From an uncultured delta proteobacterium (lineage in GTDB: Bacteria; Desulfobacterota; Binatia; Binatales; Binataceae): DNA of 64,000 nucleotides. Shown here piece by piece: positions 50,562 through 60,395 of the stretch. The stretch lies in the NCBI GenBank assembly GCA_963842085.1, contig CAWJET010000001.1, positions 1,632,001 through 1,696,000 of the forward strand, given 5' to 3'. The translations under genes were made by a program, and so were the position numbers. The notes below the pieces were generated by a model that made no database searches, was not told where the DNA came from, and saw only the letters and a list, made by a program, of their open reading frames with translations. Each line of letters opens with the position of its first letter. Position 1 is the stretch's first letter.

Positions 50562-50666
50562 TCAGCGCTCGGGCTTTGGTCTCTTGTAGAACGGCTTGGC
50601 CGGCCCGGCGATTATCACAATCGCAATAGCCAGTCCCGCCAACAACGATAATCCTTCCATCATCAT
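50562..50666 (-). CDS. 34-aa single-TM small protein (missing from the ORF track)
   Basis: MMMEGLSLLAGLAIAIVIIAGPAKPFYKRPKPER. Confidence 0.5.
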   Translation of the reverse strand: MMMEGLSLLAGLAIAIVIIAGPAKPFYKRPKPER

Positions 50667-50890
50667 ACTAACTCACTTACGCGCGTGCGGACCTTGCGGC
50701 CGATTCCAGTAACGCGCTATTTCAGATCGATTGTCCTTTGGCTCGCCGCGCCGCACTTGCGAATCGCTTCGCGTTCGTGCCGCAACGCGTCGCATCTATC
50801 GGTGAAGTAACTTCAGAACGCCCCGGGAAGCCGATCGAAGTTGTTTCGCTCGACCGGGTTCTTCCCGTGCGTGATATGCGATGCGTCTTC

Positions 50891-51064
50891 TTACAGGCTC
50901 ACGAACGAGAGAACGATGTAAGCCAGGGTGAGGAATGCGAACGCGACACCGGGCAGTTCGCTCAGCAGACTGTTCTGCGCGATGCGATCCGCGGCCGCAG
51001 TCTCGGTCTGCTCCCGCACCTGCTGAAAGCCTGCGAGTCTCTGATTAATTGTGGTAGCAGCCAT
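50891..51064 (-). CDS. 57-aa protein with a C-terminal TM helix
   Basis: GGGAGG RBS; MAATTINQRL...LPGVAFAFLTLAYIVLSFVSL. Confidence 0.7.
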   Translation of the reverse strand: MAATTINQRLAGFQQVREQTETAAADRIAQNSLLSELPGVAFAFLTLAYIVLSFVSL

Positions 51065-51106
51065 TTTCTTTGCCTCCCGTAAAAGTTCGTCGTCAGCAGA
51101 GGGTAG

Positions 51107-51122
51107 AGCAAGGCCGGTGCCA
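51107..51122 (-). promoter_or_regulatory. Sigma-54 -24/-12 promoter
   Basis: TGGCACCGGCCTTGCT on the - strand, ~43 nt upstream of ATG 51064. Confidence 0.75.
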
Positions 51123-51307
51123 ATGACCGAATCGTTTATTTCATTCAACTATTTTCGACAGATGCAGTCATTATTGTTTGCGATTCGCAAAACGTTGGCC
51201 TTTTCTCGCGAAAACTCCGCTCTTTGCACACAGTCCGTCGATAGCAGCCGCGCGACTGCATGCAGCGGATTCACGTCGTCGGGATTGCGCCCATTGTTAC
51301 GAAACCG

Positions 51308-52807
51308 TTACGGGCGAGGCGGTATCTCGATCGCTCCCACGGCATAAGCGACGGCGGCAGATGACGTAAGCAGGTCCGCGCGGCTCTGAACGATCGTGTA
51401 GCGCGCATTCGCAAGGTCGCGATCGGCAGTCAGCAACTCGACGATTGTGCTGAGCCCCTGCCGATACGTGTCGAGATTCGCGTCGTAGGACTCCTGCGAC
51501 GCCGCCAGCAGCGCCTTGGCATAGTCGTAGCGGCTGACCGCGGTCTGGAATTCGTAGTACGCGCGCCATACGGAACTGATCGCATCGACCTCGAGCGACT
51601 TGAGCTGCGCAGTGGCAGCGTCGCGATCGGCCTCGGCCTGACGCACGTCGTTGAGACGCCTGAAACCCGTGAAGAGGTCCCAGTTGATCGTCAACAGCGC
51701 GGTGTATTGCGGCTGGTTGGCGTCGACGTTCCGCGTGCCATCGTATTTGTAGTCCCAGTTCTGAGTACCGTAGCTGCCCATGAGTCCGACAGTTGGATAG
51801 AAGGCAGCCTTCTTTTGTTCGACGGCGGCGCGGCGCGCATCGAGGGTTGCGACCTGGGCCGCGAGATCGGGACGACTGCGCACGGCAGTTTCGATCAATT
51901 GATCCACTTCGCTGCCCAGTCCCGCTGGAATCGGCAGGCTGTCGAGACTCGGCACGTCGAGCGGAGTATTGGCTGCCACTCCCAGCGCCACGGCCATGCT
52001 GGCCTGCGCTTCGCGCACCAGCAGATGCGCGCTCGCCAGATCGTACTGCGATTGCGCGACGCGCTCGCGCGAGAGCAGCAGTTCGGGCTCGGTAGCCAGT
52101 CCGAGGTCGACGCGGCGGCTGACGGCCTCGTCGTCGGTCCTCGCGAGCGCGACGTTTTGTTCCGCGGCCTCCACGGCAGCCTTCGCTGCGCCGATTGCAT
52201 AGAACGAGCGCTGGGTTGCGAACACGACGTCCTGCAGCTTGCGGTTGAACGAGAAGTTGGCGGCGGCCAACTGATCACGCGCGGCGGCGGCTCCGGCGCT
52301 GCGGCGGCCGAAGTCGAGCAGCGTGTAGGTGAACTCGAGCATCGGGGTTATCTGCCACTGCCTGAGCACGGCATTTTGCCCGGGCAACTGAAATATCTCG
52401 CGTTCATATCCACCTGGGACCTGCGTGCTCACGACCGGATAGAACGGCGCGCGCGAGACGCCGTAAGCGGCGGCCGCGGCCCGAGCCTGGTCCCATGTCT
52501 GCCGGGTGTCAGGATTGTTGCTGAGTGCAATGTCGATGAGCGCGGGCAGGTCGTACTTGATGCCCGCATTCATGGCGCGCGGCTCGGGCAGGGTACTTGG
52601 CGGCCGCGCTTGCATCGGTATCACGTATTCGTTCGCCGTTCCGGACCTGGGTGTCCAGGCGCGATCGGATTCCGGGGGCGCGAATTTCTCGGGATACACT
52701 TCGGGCTGCTCGGCAAAATATGTGCATCCTCCCGCGCATACCACGAGACCGAGTGTGGCGAAGACTAACTTCCGCGTTACGCGACGCATTTCAAAATCAA
52801 ATTTCAT
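51308..52807 (-). CDS. TolC-family outer-membrane efflux protein
   Basis: Lipobox-like signal; ALSNNP; YTLLDFGRR; FYPTVGL; YRQGLSTIVELLTA. Confidence 0.93.
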   Translation of the reverse strand: MKFDFEMRRVTRKLVFATLGLVVCAGGCTYFAEQPEVYPEKFAPPESDRAWTPRSGTANEYVIPMQARPPSTLPEPRAMNAGIKYDLPALIDIALSNNPDTRQTWDQARAAAAAYGVSRAPFYPVVSTQVPGGYEREIFQLPGQNAVLRQWQITPMLEFTYTLLDFGRRSAGAAAARDQLAAANFSFNRKLQDVVFATQRSFYAIGAAKAAVEAAEQNVALARTDDEAVSRRVDLGLATEPELLLSRERVAQSQYDLASAHLLVREAQASMAVALGVAANTPLDVPSLDSLPIPAGLGSEVDQLIETAVRSRPDLAAQVATLDARRAAVEQKKAAFYPTVGLMGSYGTQNWDYKYDGTRNVDANQPQYTALLTINWDLFTGFRRLNDVRQAEADRDAATAQLKSLEVDAISSVWRAYYEFQTAVSRYDYAKALLAASQESYDANLDTYRQGLSTIVELLTADRDLANARYTIVQSRADLLTSSAAVAYAVGAIEIPPRP

Positions 52808-52894
52808 AGATCGTCACCCACCATTGGCTACGCTTGCGGACATTGAATCCCGCAACGTGCGTTTGCACAATCCGGCGCGTACAATCTTCCCCGC

Positions 52895-53170
52895 ATGCGA
52901 TTCCCCCACGCGATCAGAGGCAGGTTCGCGCTGCCGCTCTGCGCGGCGTTGCTGCTGGCCGGATGCGATCCGGTCGTCAATATCGCGGGCGCGAATTTCC
53001 CAAGCTGGCTGTTTTGCGCAATCTGCGGCGCGATATTGACCGTCGCGATTCGGCCAATCTTCGTCCTGACGCGCGTCGAGTCCTACCTGTGGCCGCTGCC
53101 GATTGTGTATTCGAGCCTCACGATCCTGATGGGATGCATCGTGTGGCTCATCTTCTTCAATCGAATCTGA
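52895..53170 (+). CDS. YtcA-family lipoprotein
   Basis: LLLAGCDPVVNIAGANFPSWLFC...WLIFF. Confidence 0.88.
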   Translation: MRFPHAIRGRFALPLCAALLLAGCDPVVNIAGANFPSWLFCAICGAILTVAIRPIFVLTRVESYLWPLPIVYSSLTILMGCIVWLIFFNRI

Positions 53171-54252
53171 TGAACACCGCGACTACGATCGAAACCGAAT
53201 CATCGCTGACCTTGCGATTTGGCGGCCACGTTCTCAGCGCCGCGATTGTGGCCGCCACCGTCATCGTCGGGCTTTACGTCGCGCGCCTCTACTACATATA
53301 TCCGCGCACCGACGACGCCTACGTTCGCGCCAACTCGGTCGGAATCGCGCCGCACGTGAGCGGACCGATAACAGAACTGCCGATTGTCGATAATCAGTAC
53401 ATCAAGCAAGGCGACCTGCTATTCGTGGTCGATCCGCGCCCCTATCAAGCGGCGCTGGACGCCGCAGTCGCCAAGCTTCAATTGACGGAGCTGAATATCA
53501 AGGCGCTCGAAGATTCGATTCGGACGGCGCAATCCGATCAAATCCGGCTCGAAGCCGATGCCGCCTATGCCAAGCAGTATCTCGCTCGCATCGAGCCGCT
53601 GCTCGCGAAGCACTTCGTCACCGCCAACGACGTCTTCAACGCGCGCTCGCGTGTCAACGCCGCCGAGGCCGCGGTCGAGGCTGCGGGCTCCGACGTGCGC
53701 AAGGCGCAAAACCAGCTCGGCCAGTACGGCGACATCAACGCGCTGCGCAAAGCCGCCGAGGCCGCCGTTTACGACGCAAAGCTCAACGTCGGTTACTGCT
53801 ACATTCGCGCGCCGTACAACGGCTACGTCACCAACCTCAACATCGCGGTCGGCCAGTACGCCAACGAAGGCCGGCAGGTCGTCAGCCTGATCGACGATCG
53901 CAAGTGGTACGTGATCGCGAATTTCCGCGAGACGTTTCTCTCGCACATCAAGCCCGGCATGACCGCCGAGGTTTTCATCCTCGCCTATCCCAACAAGCGC
54001 TTTCGCGGGCGCGTGCAAGGCGTGGGATGGGCGCTGTATCAGCAGAACGGCGCAAGCATCGAGGGCCTGCCGCAGGTCGAGGCGACGCTCAACTGGGTGC
54101 GGCTGGCGCAGCGCTTCCCGGTGCGCATCGTGCTCGAGGACCGCGACCCGAAATTCCCGTTCAGGATGGGCAACACGGCAGTAGTGACGATCCAGGGCTA
54201 TCGCGATCAAGACGATCGCGATCAGAATTCCCGAGAACAGAGCAGCCACTGA
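53170..54252 (+). CDS. HlyD-family membrane fusion protein (MdtN/AaeA-like)
   Basis: PRTDDAYV, IAPHVSG, LFVVDPRPY, ANFRET, WVRLAQRFPVRI. Confidence 0.95.
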   Translation: MNTATTIETESSLTLRFGGHVLSAAIVAATVIVGLYVARLYYIYPRTDDAYVRANSVGIAPHVSGPITELPIVDNQYIKQGDLLFVVDPRPYQAALDAAVAKLQLTELNIKALEDSIRTAQSDQIRLEADAAYAKQYLARIEPLLAKHFVTANDVFNARSRVNAAEAAVEAAGSDVRKAQNQLGQYGDINALRKAAEAAVYDAKLNVGYCYIRAPYNGYVTNLNIAVGQYANEGRQVVSLIDDRKWYVIANFRETFLSHIKPGMTAEVFILAYPNKRFRGRVQGVGWALYQQNGASIEGLPQVEATLNWVRLAQRFPVRIVLEDRDPKFPFRMGNTAVVTIQGYRDQDDRDQNSREQSSH

Positions 54253-54254
54253 TC

Positions 54255-56567
54255 GTGTCAGCCGCGACGCCACCGCGCATGGGGATCGATCGCCGCCTCA
54301 CGGCGCTGGGAGCGGCGCTGCGCCGCAGATCGGCAGGCCGTCGGAACCAACTGATCCGTCTGCTCGGTGAGGAGCTCTCGCCCAACCCGCGGCGCATCCG
54401 GATAGCGGCCAGAATCGGCCTCGAATGCGCACTCGGGATGGGCCTGATGGCCGCGATGCAAATCGACAGCATCCTCGGCGCATACGTGCTCTACAACCTC
54501 GCGTCGGCGGGCGCGCCGATGCTCCGGCCGCTGACATGCGCTCTCCTTATACTGGTCGAAGGCGCCGCGCTGGCGCTGTCGCATCCGCTCGCCGGCATCC
54601 TCGTGGAAGCGCCTTGGCTGATGCTCGCCTTCTTCGCGCTCGAGACCGCGACGTATGGGTACCTGGTCAGCCGTCTCCAGCTTGGAGCGGTGTGGCTGAT
54701 GGTGCAGGTCACTTTCCTCGGCACATTTTACGTCGTGGTGTTCGCCCCCAACGACTTCGGCTGGGGGCTAGCCTACACCTTCGGCGGGGTCACGGTCGCC
54801 TTCCTTGTTATGACCGTGTTCGACACCGTGTTTTGGCCCGAGCCGGCCGAGGCCGCCCTGCTGGAATCGTTGCACGCATGTCTCGAACACACCCGCGAAC
54901 AATTGCGAAATGTAGTTGAGGCCTTTCTCGCGCCCGACGGGGCAAACACCGTCCCGCCCGTGCCGCTGATTTCCCACCTGCCTGCTCATCTGAATTTGCT
55001 CAACCGCGCCGCGTCGGAACGTTCCGACCCCCATCGCGACGCGGTCCTCCTTGCGTTCATTACAACTGTCGAGCGCCTCTACGTCGAACTCGCGCGTCTG
55101 ACCTATGTCGTCGGCGAACATACGCCGCGAGTCTTCCGCGATCTGTTCAAGCCGCAGATCGAAGACGTCGCTGACGCGCTCGATCGTTCGATGGCTCGCC
55201 TCGCAGAATACATCGTCGGTGGTATCGTCCACGGTCCGGCCTCGCCGATGGCCGAATCCGGCGCTAAAGTCGCGGCCGCATTCAAGGCGTTGGACGCCCG
55301 GCGCGACGAGCTCGCAATTTTGAATCGTCCGGAAGTGCAAGCGGCCGAGGTAAACGTAATGGGCTCGTTCATGCTCGCACTGCGAGGGCTCGCGCGCCTG
55401 CTCGAGCTGAGCCCCGACGACACGCCGACCCCGGTCAGCAAGGCGCCGCCGCAAACGGTCGCCTCGAAGCTGTTCCCGCTCGATCCCGGCGCCACAAAAT
55501 ATGCGACCAAACTCGGCGTCGCGATCGCGCTCGCCTACGTGGTCGGGCTGACGACTCAGCGCGGCGATCTCACCGTCATATTGTGGACCGTTGTCATCGC
55601 CGGATTGCCGACCTACGGCGCGACCTACCGCAAGATGTGGCTGCGGCTGATCGGCGGTGTCATTGGCGGCGCAATCGGTCTTGCGATGATCATCGTCATC
55701 ACGCCCAACTTCGAAACTGTGCTGACCTACATGATCGTGTGTTTCGCCGCTCTTGGTTTAGCGGGATACGCCGCGCAAAGCAGCGATCGGATCAACTACG
55801 CCGCGCGTCAGGCCGGGACTTCGTTCGTCCTGGTGTGGGCGGGCCTCAGTCCGAGCGAAGACGTCTATGCCCCGCTGTGGCGCGTCTGGGGGATGCTGCT
55901 CGGAATCGCAATCGTATCTCTGGTCTTCCTGATTCTATGGCCCGAGTACGCGGCCGACTCGCAGTTGCCGCGGATCAAGAAACTCCTGCGTACATGCCTC
56001 GACCTGATGCCCGGTGGCGCCGCGTCTTCATCCGATGGACAGATTCAATCGGCGGAGCGCGAGGTAATGAAGACGGCGAACGAATTGTTGACCATCGCCG
56101 ACGACGCCCGCCTCGAGGGTCGCGCGTCGGCGATCGATCCGGACCGCGTCGTCGATGCGGCCGGGACGCTCCGGCGAATCGCGTATCGCGCTGGCAGTAT
56201 CTCGGAGGCTCGCTTGCAGACGCCGATGCCGCCGCTCGCGCCCGAAACGCAGGCCGCACGCGACGCGTTCGAGGCCGAAATGCGCGCGCGTCTACAGTCG
56301 TGGCTCGATTACATCGAGACGCACCGTCCGCCGACCAGCCGCAGCACCCTCGCATGGGCTGCGCAACACGATCAGGCGAGGCTGGGCGACTTGCTCACGC
56401 GATACACCGACAGAATTTCGGCGGCGGCGTACGCCGAGGTAGCGCGCTGGCCGGCCGACGCCCGAATCGTGCTGTTAGCAGAGCTCGAGTCCTTCCACCG
56501 CTTTGTCGTGCTCGCAGGCGAACTCGACGACAACCTCGCGCGCGTCCCGGTACCGCGCAAATACTAG
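54255..56567 (+). CDS. FUSC-family inner-membrane efflux protein (MdtO/AaeB-like)
   Basis: Two hydrophobic multi-TM blocks, each followed by a helical domain; LWP motifs; RINYAARQAG. Confidence 0.88.
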   Translation: MSAATPPRMGIDRRLTALGAALRRRSAGRRNQLIRLLGEELSPNPRRIRIAARIGLECALGMGLMAAMQIDSILGAYVLYNLASAGAPMLRPLTCALLILVEGAALALSHPLAGILVEAPWLMLAFFALETATYGYLVSRLQLGAVWLMVQVTFLGTFYVVVFAPNDFGWGLAYTFGGVTVAFLVMTVFDTVFWPEPAEAALLESLHACLEHTREQLRNVVEAFLAPDGANTVPPVPLISHLPAHLNLLNRAASERSDPHRDAVLLAFITTVERLYVELARLTYVVGEHTPRVFRDLFKPQIEDVADALDRSMARLAEYIVGGIVHGPASPMAESGAKVAAAFKALDARRDELAILNRPEVQAAEVNVMGSFMLALRGLARLLELSPDDTPTPVSKAPPQTVASKLFPLDPGATKYATKLGVAIALAYVVGLTTQRGDLTVILWTVVIAGLPTYGATYRKMWLRLIGGVIGGAIGLAMIIVITPNFETVLTYMIVCFAALGLAGYAAQSSDRINYAARQAGTSFVLVWAGLSPSEDVYAPLWRVWGMLLGIAIVSLVFLILWPEYAADSQLPRIKKLLRTCLDLMPGGAASSSDGQIQSAEREVMKTANELLTIADDARLEGRASAIDPDRVVDAAGTLRRIAYRAGSISEARLQTPMPPLAPETQAARDAFEAEMRARLQSWLDYIETHRPPTSRSTLAWAAQHDQARLGDLLTRYTDRISAAAYAEVARWPADARIVLLAELESFHRFVVLAGELDDNLARVPVPRKY

Positions 56568-56665
56568 TCCTCCTCCGCGCCGGCCCGATTCGTCTCAAGA
56601 TGGGGTGCAGGGGTCACCCTGCTTCCGTTTGACCGCGTCGGCAGAGTCGGCCTTTAATGCCGGTC

Positions 56666-58075
56666 ATGGCTGGAATTGTTTCTTACGGTTCATACGTTCC
56701 CTACCGGCGACTCAAGCGCTCTGCGATAGCCGCAGTCCTCGGCACGCCCGCCGGCAAGGGTGAGCGCGCAATCGCGAGCTTCGATGAAGACAGCGTGTCG
56801 ATGGCGGTCGAGGCGGCGCGCGACGCGCTGAAAGCCGCGCCGCCCGGCGATGTGCAGGCGCTCATCTTCGCGACTACGACGCCGCCATACGCGGAGAAGC
56901 TGAGCGCCGCCGTTATAGGGGCAGCAACCCAGCTCCGCGCGGAGATTCGTGCGTCGGATATGACCGGCTCGGTCCGCGCCGGCATGTCGGCCCTCCTGCA
57001 AGGCGCCGACGCGGTCAGCGGCGGCGCGAAGCGCGCGCTCGTCGCGATCGGCGATTGCCGCCTCGCAGCGCCCGAGGGCAAGGCCGAGCAGACCACCGGC
57101 GACGGCGCGGTCGCCTTCGTGCTCGGCTCGGAGGGCGTGATCGCCGAAATCGAGGCGAGCGCCTCGCTCACGCGCGAATTGCTCGACAGCTGGCGCGCGC
57201 AGGGCGAGCGTTTTTCGCATTCGTGGGAAGAGCGCTTCACGCTGACGCAGGCGCATTCGCCGCTGCTCGGCACCGTTATCAAGAACGTGCTCGCGAAGGC
57301 GAAAGTGGCGCCGGGCGATCTGTCGAAGGTGATCCTCGACGCGCCCAACGTCCGCGCGGCCGACGAAATCGCGCGCGCGCTCAAGATCGATCCCGCCAAA
57401 TTCTCAGATTCGTTTGCGTTGACCGTGGGACAAACCGGCGCCGCGCATGCGGGCCTGATGCTCTCCGCCGCGCTGCCAGCCGCCAAGCCGGGAGACCGGA
57501 TTCTAGTGGCGACGGTCGCCGACGGCGCCGATGCGATTTTGTTCCGCGTCACTCCGGCCAGCGCCGGCTTCAAGCCGGTGCATTCTGTCGGCCGCATGAT
57601 CGAGTCCAAAGGCGACGTGTCCTACGCCAACTATCTCAAGTGGCGCGAGATTCTACCGACCGAGCCGCCGCGCCGTCCGGATCCCGACCGGCCCGCGGGA
57701 CCGCCGATGATGCGCTCGGAGAAGTGGAAGTTCGGCTTCGTCGGCTCGCGATGCACCAATTGCGGGACGCCGCAGCTCCCGCCACAACTGGTCTGCGTGA
57801 AATGTCATAAGCGCGGCTTCATGGAGCCGTATCAGTTCGCCGACCGCACCGCTAAAATCGCGACCTACGCAATCGATCGTCTCGCCTATTCTCTCAATCC
57901 GCCGACTGTTAACGTCGTATTGGATTTCGACGGCGGCGGCCGCTTCCTTGCCGAGATGACTGACTGCGAGCCCGACAAGGTCGCGATTGGCGACGAAGTC
58001 GAAATGACGTTTCGCCGGCTCTTTACCGCCGGCGGCGTTAACAACTATTTTTGGAAAGCACGCCCGAGGCGTTAA
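56666..58075 (+). CDS. HMG-CoA synthase-like domain fused to DUF35 (Zn ribbon plus OB fold)
   Basis: YGSYVPYRRL, DEDSVSMAVEA, GDGAVAF; CTNC...CVKC; VEMTFRRL...YFWKARP. Confidence 0.9.
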   Translation: MAGIVSYGSYVPYRRLKRSAIAAVLGTPAGKGERAIASFDEDSVSMAVEAARDALKAAPPGDVQALIFATTTPPYAEKLSAAVIGAATQLRAEIRASDMTGSVRAGMSALLQGADAVSGGAKRALVAIGDCRLAAPEGKAEQTTGDGAVAFVLGSEGVIAEIEASASLTRELLDSWRAQGERFSHSWEERFTLTQAHSPLLGTVIKNVLAKAKVAPGDLSKVILDAPNVRAADEIARALKIDPAKFSDSFALTVGQTGAAHAGLMLSAALPAAKPGDRILVATVADGADAILFRVTPASAGFKPVHSVGRMIESKGDVSYANYLKWREILPTEPPRRPDPDRPAGPPMMRSEKWKFGFVGSRCTNCGTPQLPPQLVCVKCHKRGFMEPYQFADRTAKIATYAIDRLAYSLNPPTVNVVLDFDGGGRFLAEMTDCEPDKVAIGDEVEMTFRRLFTAGGVNNYFWKARPRR

Positions 58076-58091
58076 GGCCGAGGAGAAAATT

Positions 58092-59276
58092 ATGGCAAGC
58101 AGAGGAATCAAGGACCGCGTCGCGATCATCGGGATGGGATGCACCAAGTTCGGCGAGCATTGGGACAAGGGGCCGGACGACCTGCTGGTCGATGCCGCGT
58201 ACCAGGCCTACGAATCGGCCGGCATGGAGCCGAATGATGTCGACGCGTACTGGCTCGGCACGATGGGCTCGGGCGTTTCGGGCTTGACCCTCAGCGAACC
58301 GCTTAAGATTCAGTACAAGCCGGTGACCCGCGTCGAGAACATGTGCGCGACGGGCTCCGAGGCGCTGCGGCAGGCATGCTACGCGGTCGCGTCGGGCGCG
58401 TTCGATGTCGCGATGGCGATAGGAGTCGAGAAGCTCAAGGACTCGGGCTACTCGGGATTGGTCGGCAATGCGCCGCCCAACGACGGCACCGAGGGCAGCA
58501 TGACGGCGCCCGCCTCGTTCTCGCTGCTGGCGCCCGCCTACTTCAAGAAATACGGACTCGACCCCGACAAGGGCAAGGACGTGCTCACGCGTATCGCGTG
58601 GAAAAATCACCGCAACGGCGCCAAGAATCCCAAGGCGCAATTCCAGAAAGAAGTGTCGCTCGAGACCATCAAGAACTCGCCCAAGATTGCGGACCCGCTC
58701 GGAATCATGGATTGCTCGGGTGTGTCGGACGGCTCGGCGGCGGCGATCGTCGTTCGCGCCGAGGACGCGCACAAGTACTGCAAGAATCCCATCTACATAA
58801 AGGCGCTCTCGTTCATCGCAGGGCCGGCGGAAGGGCCGCTGTCGCAGGACTACGATTTCACGACCTTCCGCGAAGTCGTCGCCACCGCCAAGGACGCGTA
58901 CGCGCAGGCGGGCATCACGAATCCGCGCGAGCAGATCAGCATGGCCGAGGTTCACGACTGCTTCACGCCCACCGAGCTGGTGCTCTACGAGGACCTCGGC
59001 TTCAGTCCGCGCGGGACCGCATGGCAGGACGTGATGGACGGGTTCTTCGACCTCGAAGGCAAGCTGCCGGTGAATCCGGACGGCGGTCTCAAGTCGTTCG
59101 GGCATCCGATCGGCGCGTCGGGCCTGCGCATGATGTACGAGATGTGGCTGCAGATGCGCGGCGAGGCGGGACCGCGTCAGATCAAGAATCCGAAAGTAGG
59201 ACTGACGCACAACCTCGGCGGCGCACCCGGCCGATGCGTCAGCTTCGTCTCGGTAGTCGGCAGCCAGGTCGGCTAG
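58092..59276 (+). CDS. Thiolase (SCP-x/archaeal-type acetyl-CoA acetyltransferase)
   Basis: VENMCATG, EVHDCF, NPDGGL..GHPIGASG, HNLGG. Confidence 0.95.
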   Translation: MASRGIKDRVAIIGMGCTKFGEHWDKGPDDLLVDAAYQAYESAGMEPNDVDAYWLGTMGSGVSGLTLSEPLKIQYKPVTRVENMCATGSEALRQACYAVASGAFDVAMAIGVEKLKDSGYSGLVGNAPPNDGTEGSMTAPASFSLLAPAYFKKYGLDPDKGKDVLTRIAWKNHRNGAKNPKAQFQKEVSLETIKNSPKIADPLGIMDCSGVSDGSAAAIVVRAEDAHKYCKNPIYIKALSFIAGPAEGPLSQDYDFTTFREVVATAKDAYAQAGITNPREQISMAEVHDCFTPTELVLYEDLGFSPRGTAWQDVMDGFFDLEGKLPVNPDGGLKSFGHPIGASGLRMMYEMWLQMRGEAGPRQIKNPKVGLTHNLGGAPGRCVSFVSVVGSQVG

Positions 59277-59338
59277 CGCCGTTTGTCATTCAGAGCCGCT
59301 GCGGCGAAGAATCCCGACTTCTTTTTTGAAGCACGCGC

Positions 59339-59370
59339 ACGGCCGGCATTGTAAGGTGCCGGCCGTTTTT
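59339..59370 (+). terminator. Rho-independent terminator
   Basis: ACGGCCGGCA-TTGTAAGG-TGCCGGCCGT followed by a T-tract. Confidence 0.8.
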
Positions 59371-59384
59371 CATTTCACAACTCG

Positions 59385-59666
59385 ATGCTCGACATCGCCC
59401 CACTACTGAAACGGATGGCCGCTGCGATCGTGGTGCTAGTAGTCGTCCTATACTTCGGCGACTATGTCGTCGTGAGGTTGAGAAACGATCCAACGGGATC
59501 CGTACAGATCAACAAGTTCTACGCAGTGCCTCAGAAGGACGGCAAGACCTCGTTCGAACCGGGCGAGCCGGAAACGCAGACCTGCGTCAATTCGATGTTC
59601 CCGCATATGGGTTACAATCCATGCTGGTACGTCAAGCGTCACAGGAATCAGCAGATAAATCTCTGA
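59385..59666 (+). CDS. Hypothetical membrane-anchored protein
   Basis: N-terminal TM; CVNSMFPHMGYNPCWY. Confidence 0.75.
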   Translation: MLDIAPLLKRMAAAIVVLVVVLYFGDYVVVRLRNDPTGSVQINKFYAVPQKDGKTSFEPGEPETQTCVNSMFPHMGYNPCWYVKRHRNQQINL

Positions 59667-59715
59667 GGTAATGAAGGCGGCTGTTCGCGCAAGTTCAAGC
59701 AGCTATCGACAGCCG

Positions 59716-60219
59716 CTACCGTGTGACTCCTTGCGAGCCGGTGGAACCGGCGTCCGCATGATGGTGGATCAGCTTCCATTTGCCGTCTTCGAGCCGGAAG
59801 ACATTGGTCGCGCGCTGATTGAACTTGACCATCGGACCATCGGCCGAACGTAATTGGCCGGTTTCGGTGCAGACCGAAAAACCCATCTCCCCGTCCGCGA
59901 CGATCAGGATGTCCTGCGGGGCGATCCGGCCACCTGGGTAGAGCCGGACCATGGTTTGAAAGTCTGCGTGAACTTCGTTCCATCCTGTTGCGCGGCCGCC
60001 GCCCGCGTCCAAGTTTGAGACGTCCGGGCGATGGGACCATACGGCGCTCAGCGGGCCGAGGTCGCCGTGCAGCGCGCTGTTGAACGCGTCGTAGAAAAGC
60101 ATCGTCGCGCTGCGGATCTCACCCGCAGCAGCCGCCGAAGCTCCGGGAGCCTGCGACTGTGCGCATGCAATCCGCGCGAGTGGCGGCGCGAGGCCAAGCA
60201 AGGCGATTACGGCAATCAC
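59716..60219 (-). CDS. SnoaL/NTF2-like domain protein, exported
   Basis: FYDAF...VWSH...GWNEV...RATNVFRLEDGKWKLIHHH. Start estimated. Confidence 0.85.
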   Translation of the reverse strand: MIAVIALLGLAPPLARIACAQSQAPGASAAAAGEIRSATMLFYDAFNSALHGDLGPLSAVWSHRPDVSNLDAGGGRATGWNEVHADFQTMVRLYPGGRIAPQDILIVADGEMGFSVCTETGQLRSADGPMVKFNQRATNVFRLEDGKWKLIHHHADAGSTGSQGVTR

Positions 60220-60395
60220 CGAACCTAAATTTCGCCAACACCGTGATAGTTCCACTGCTGCCTCCGGGGCGTTCGCGCCGCGGTCGAATCTGCCGCGGGT
60301 CACTCCTTTGCCATTCGAACGGTAGCATACGGTGAGTGCCGGGCGGGCGTCATCAGATTTGAACCACGAGGTAAACCTGGACGTATTGCGCAGTT

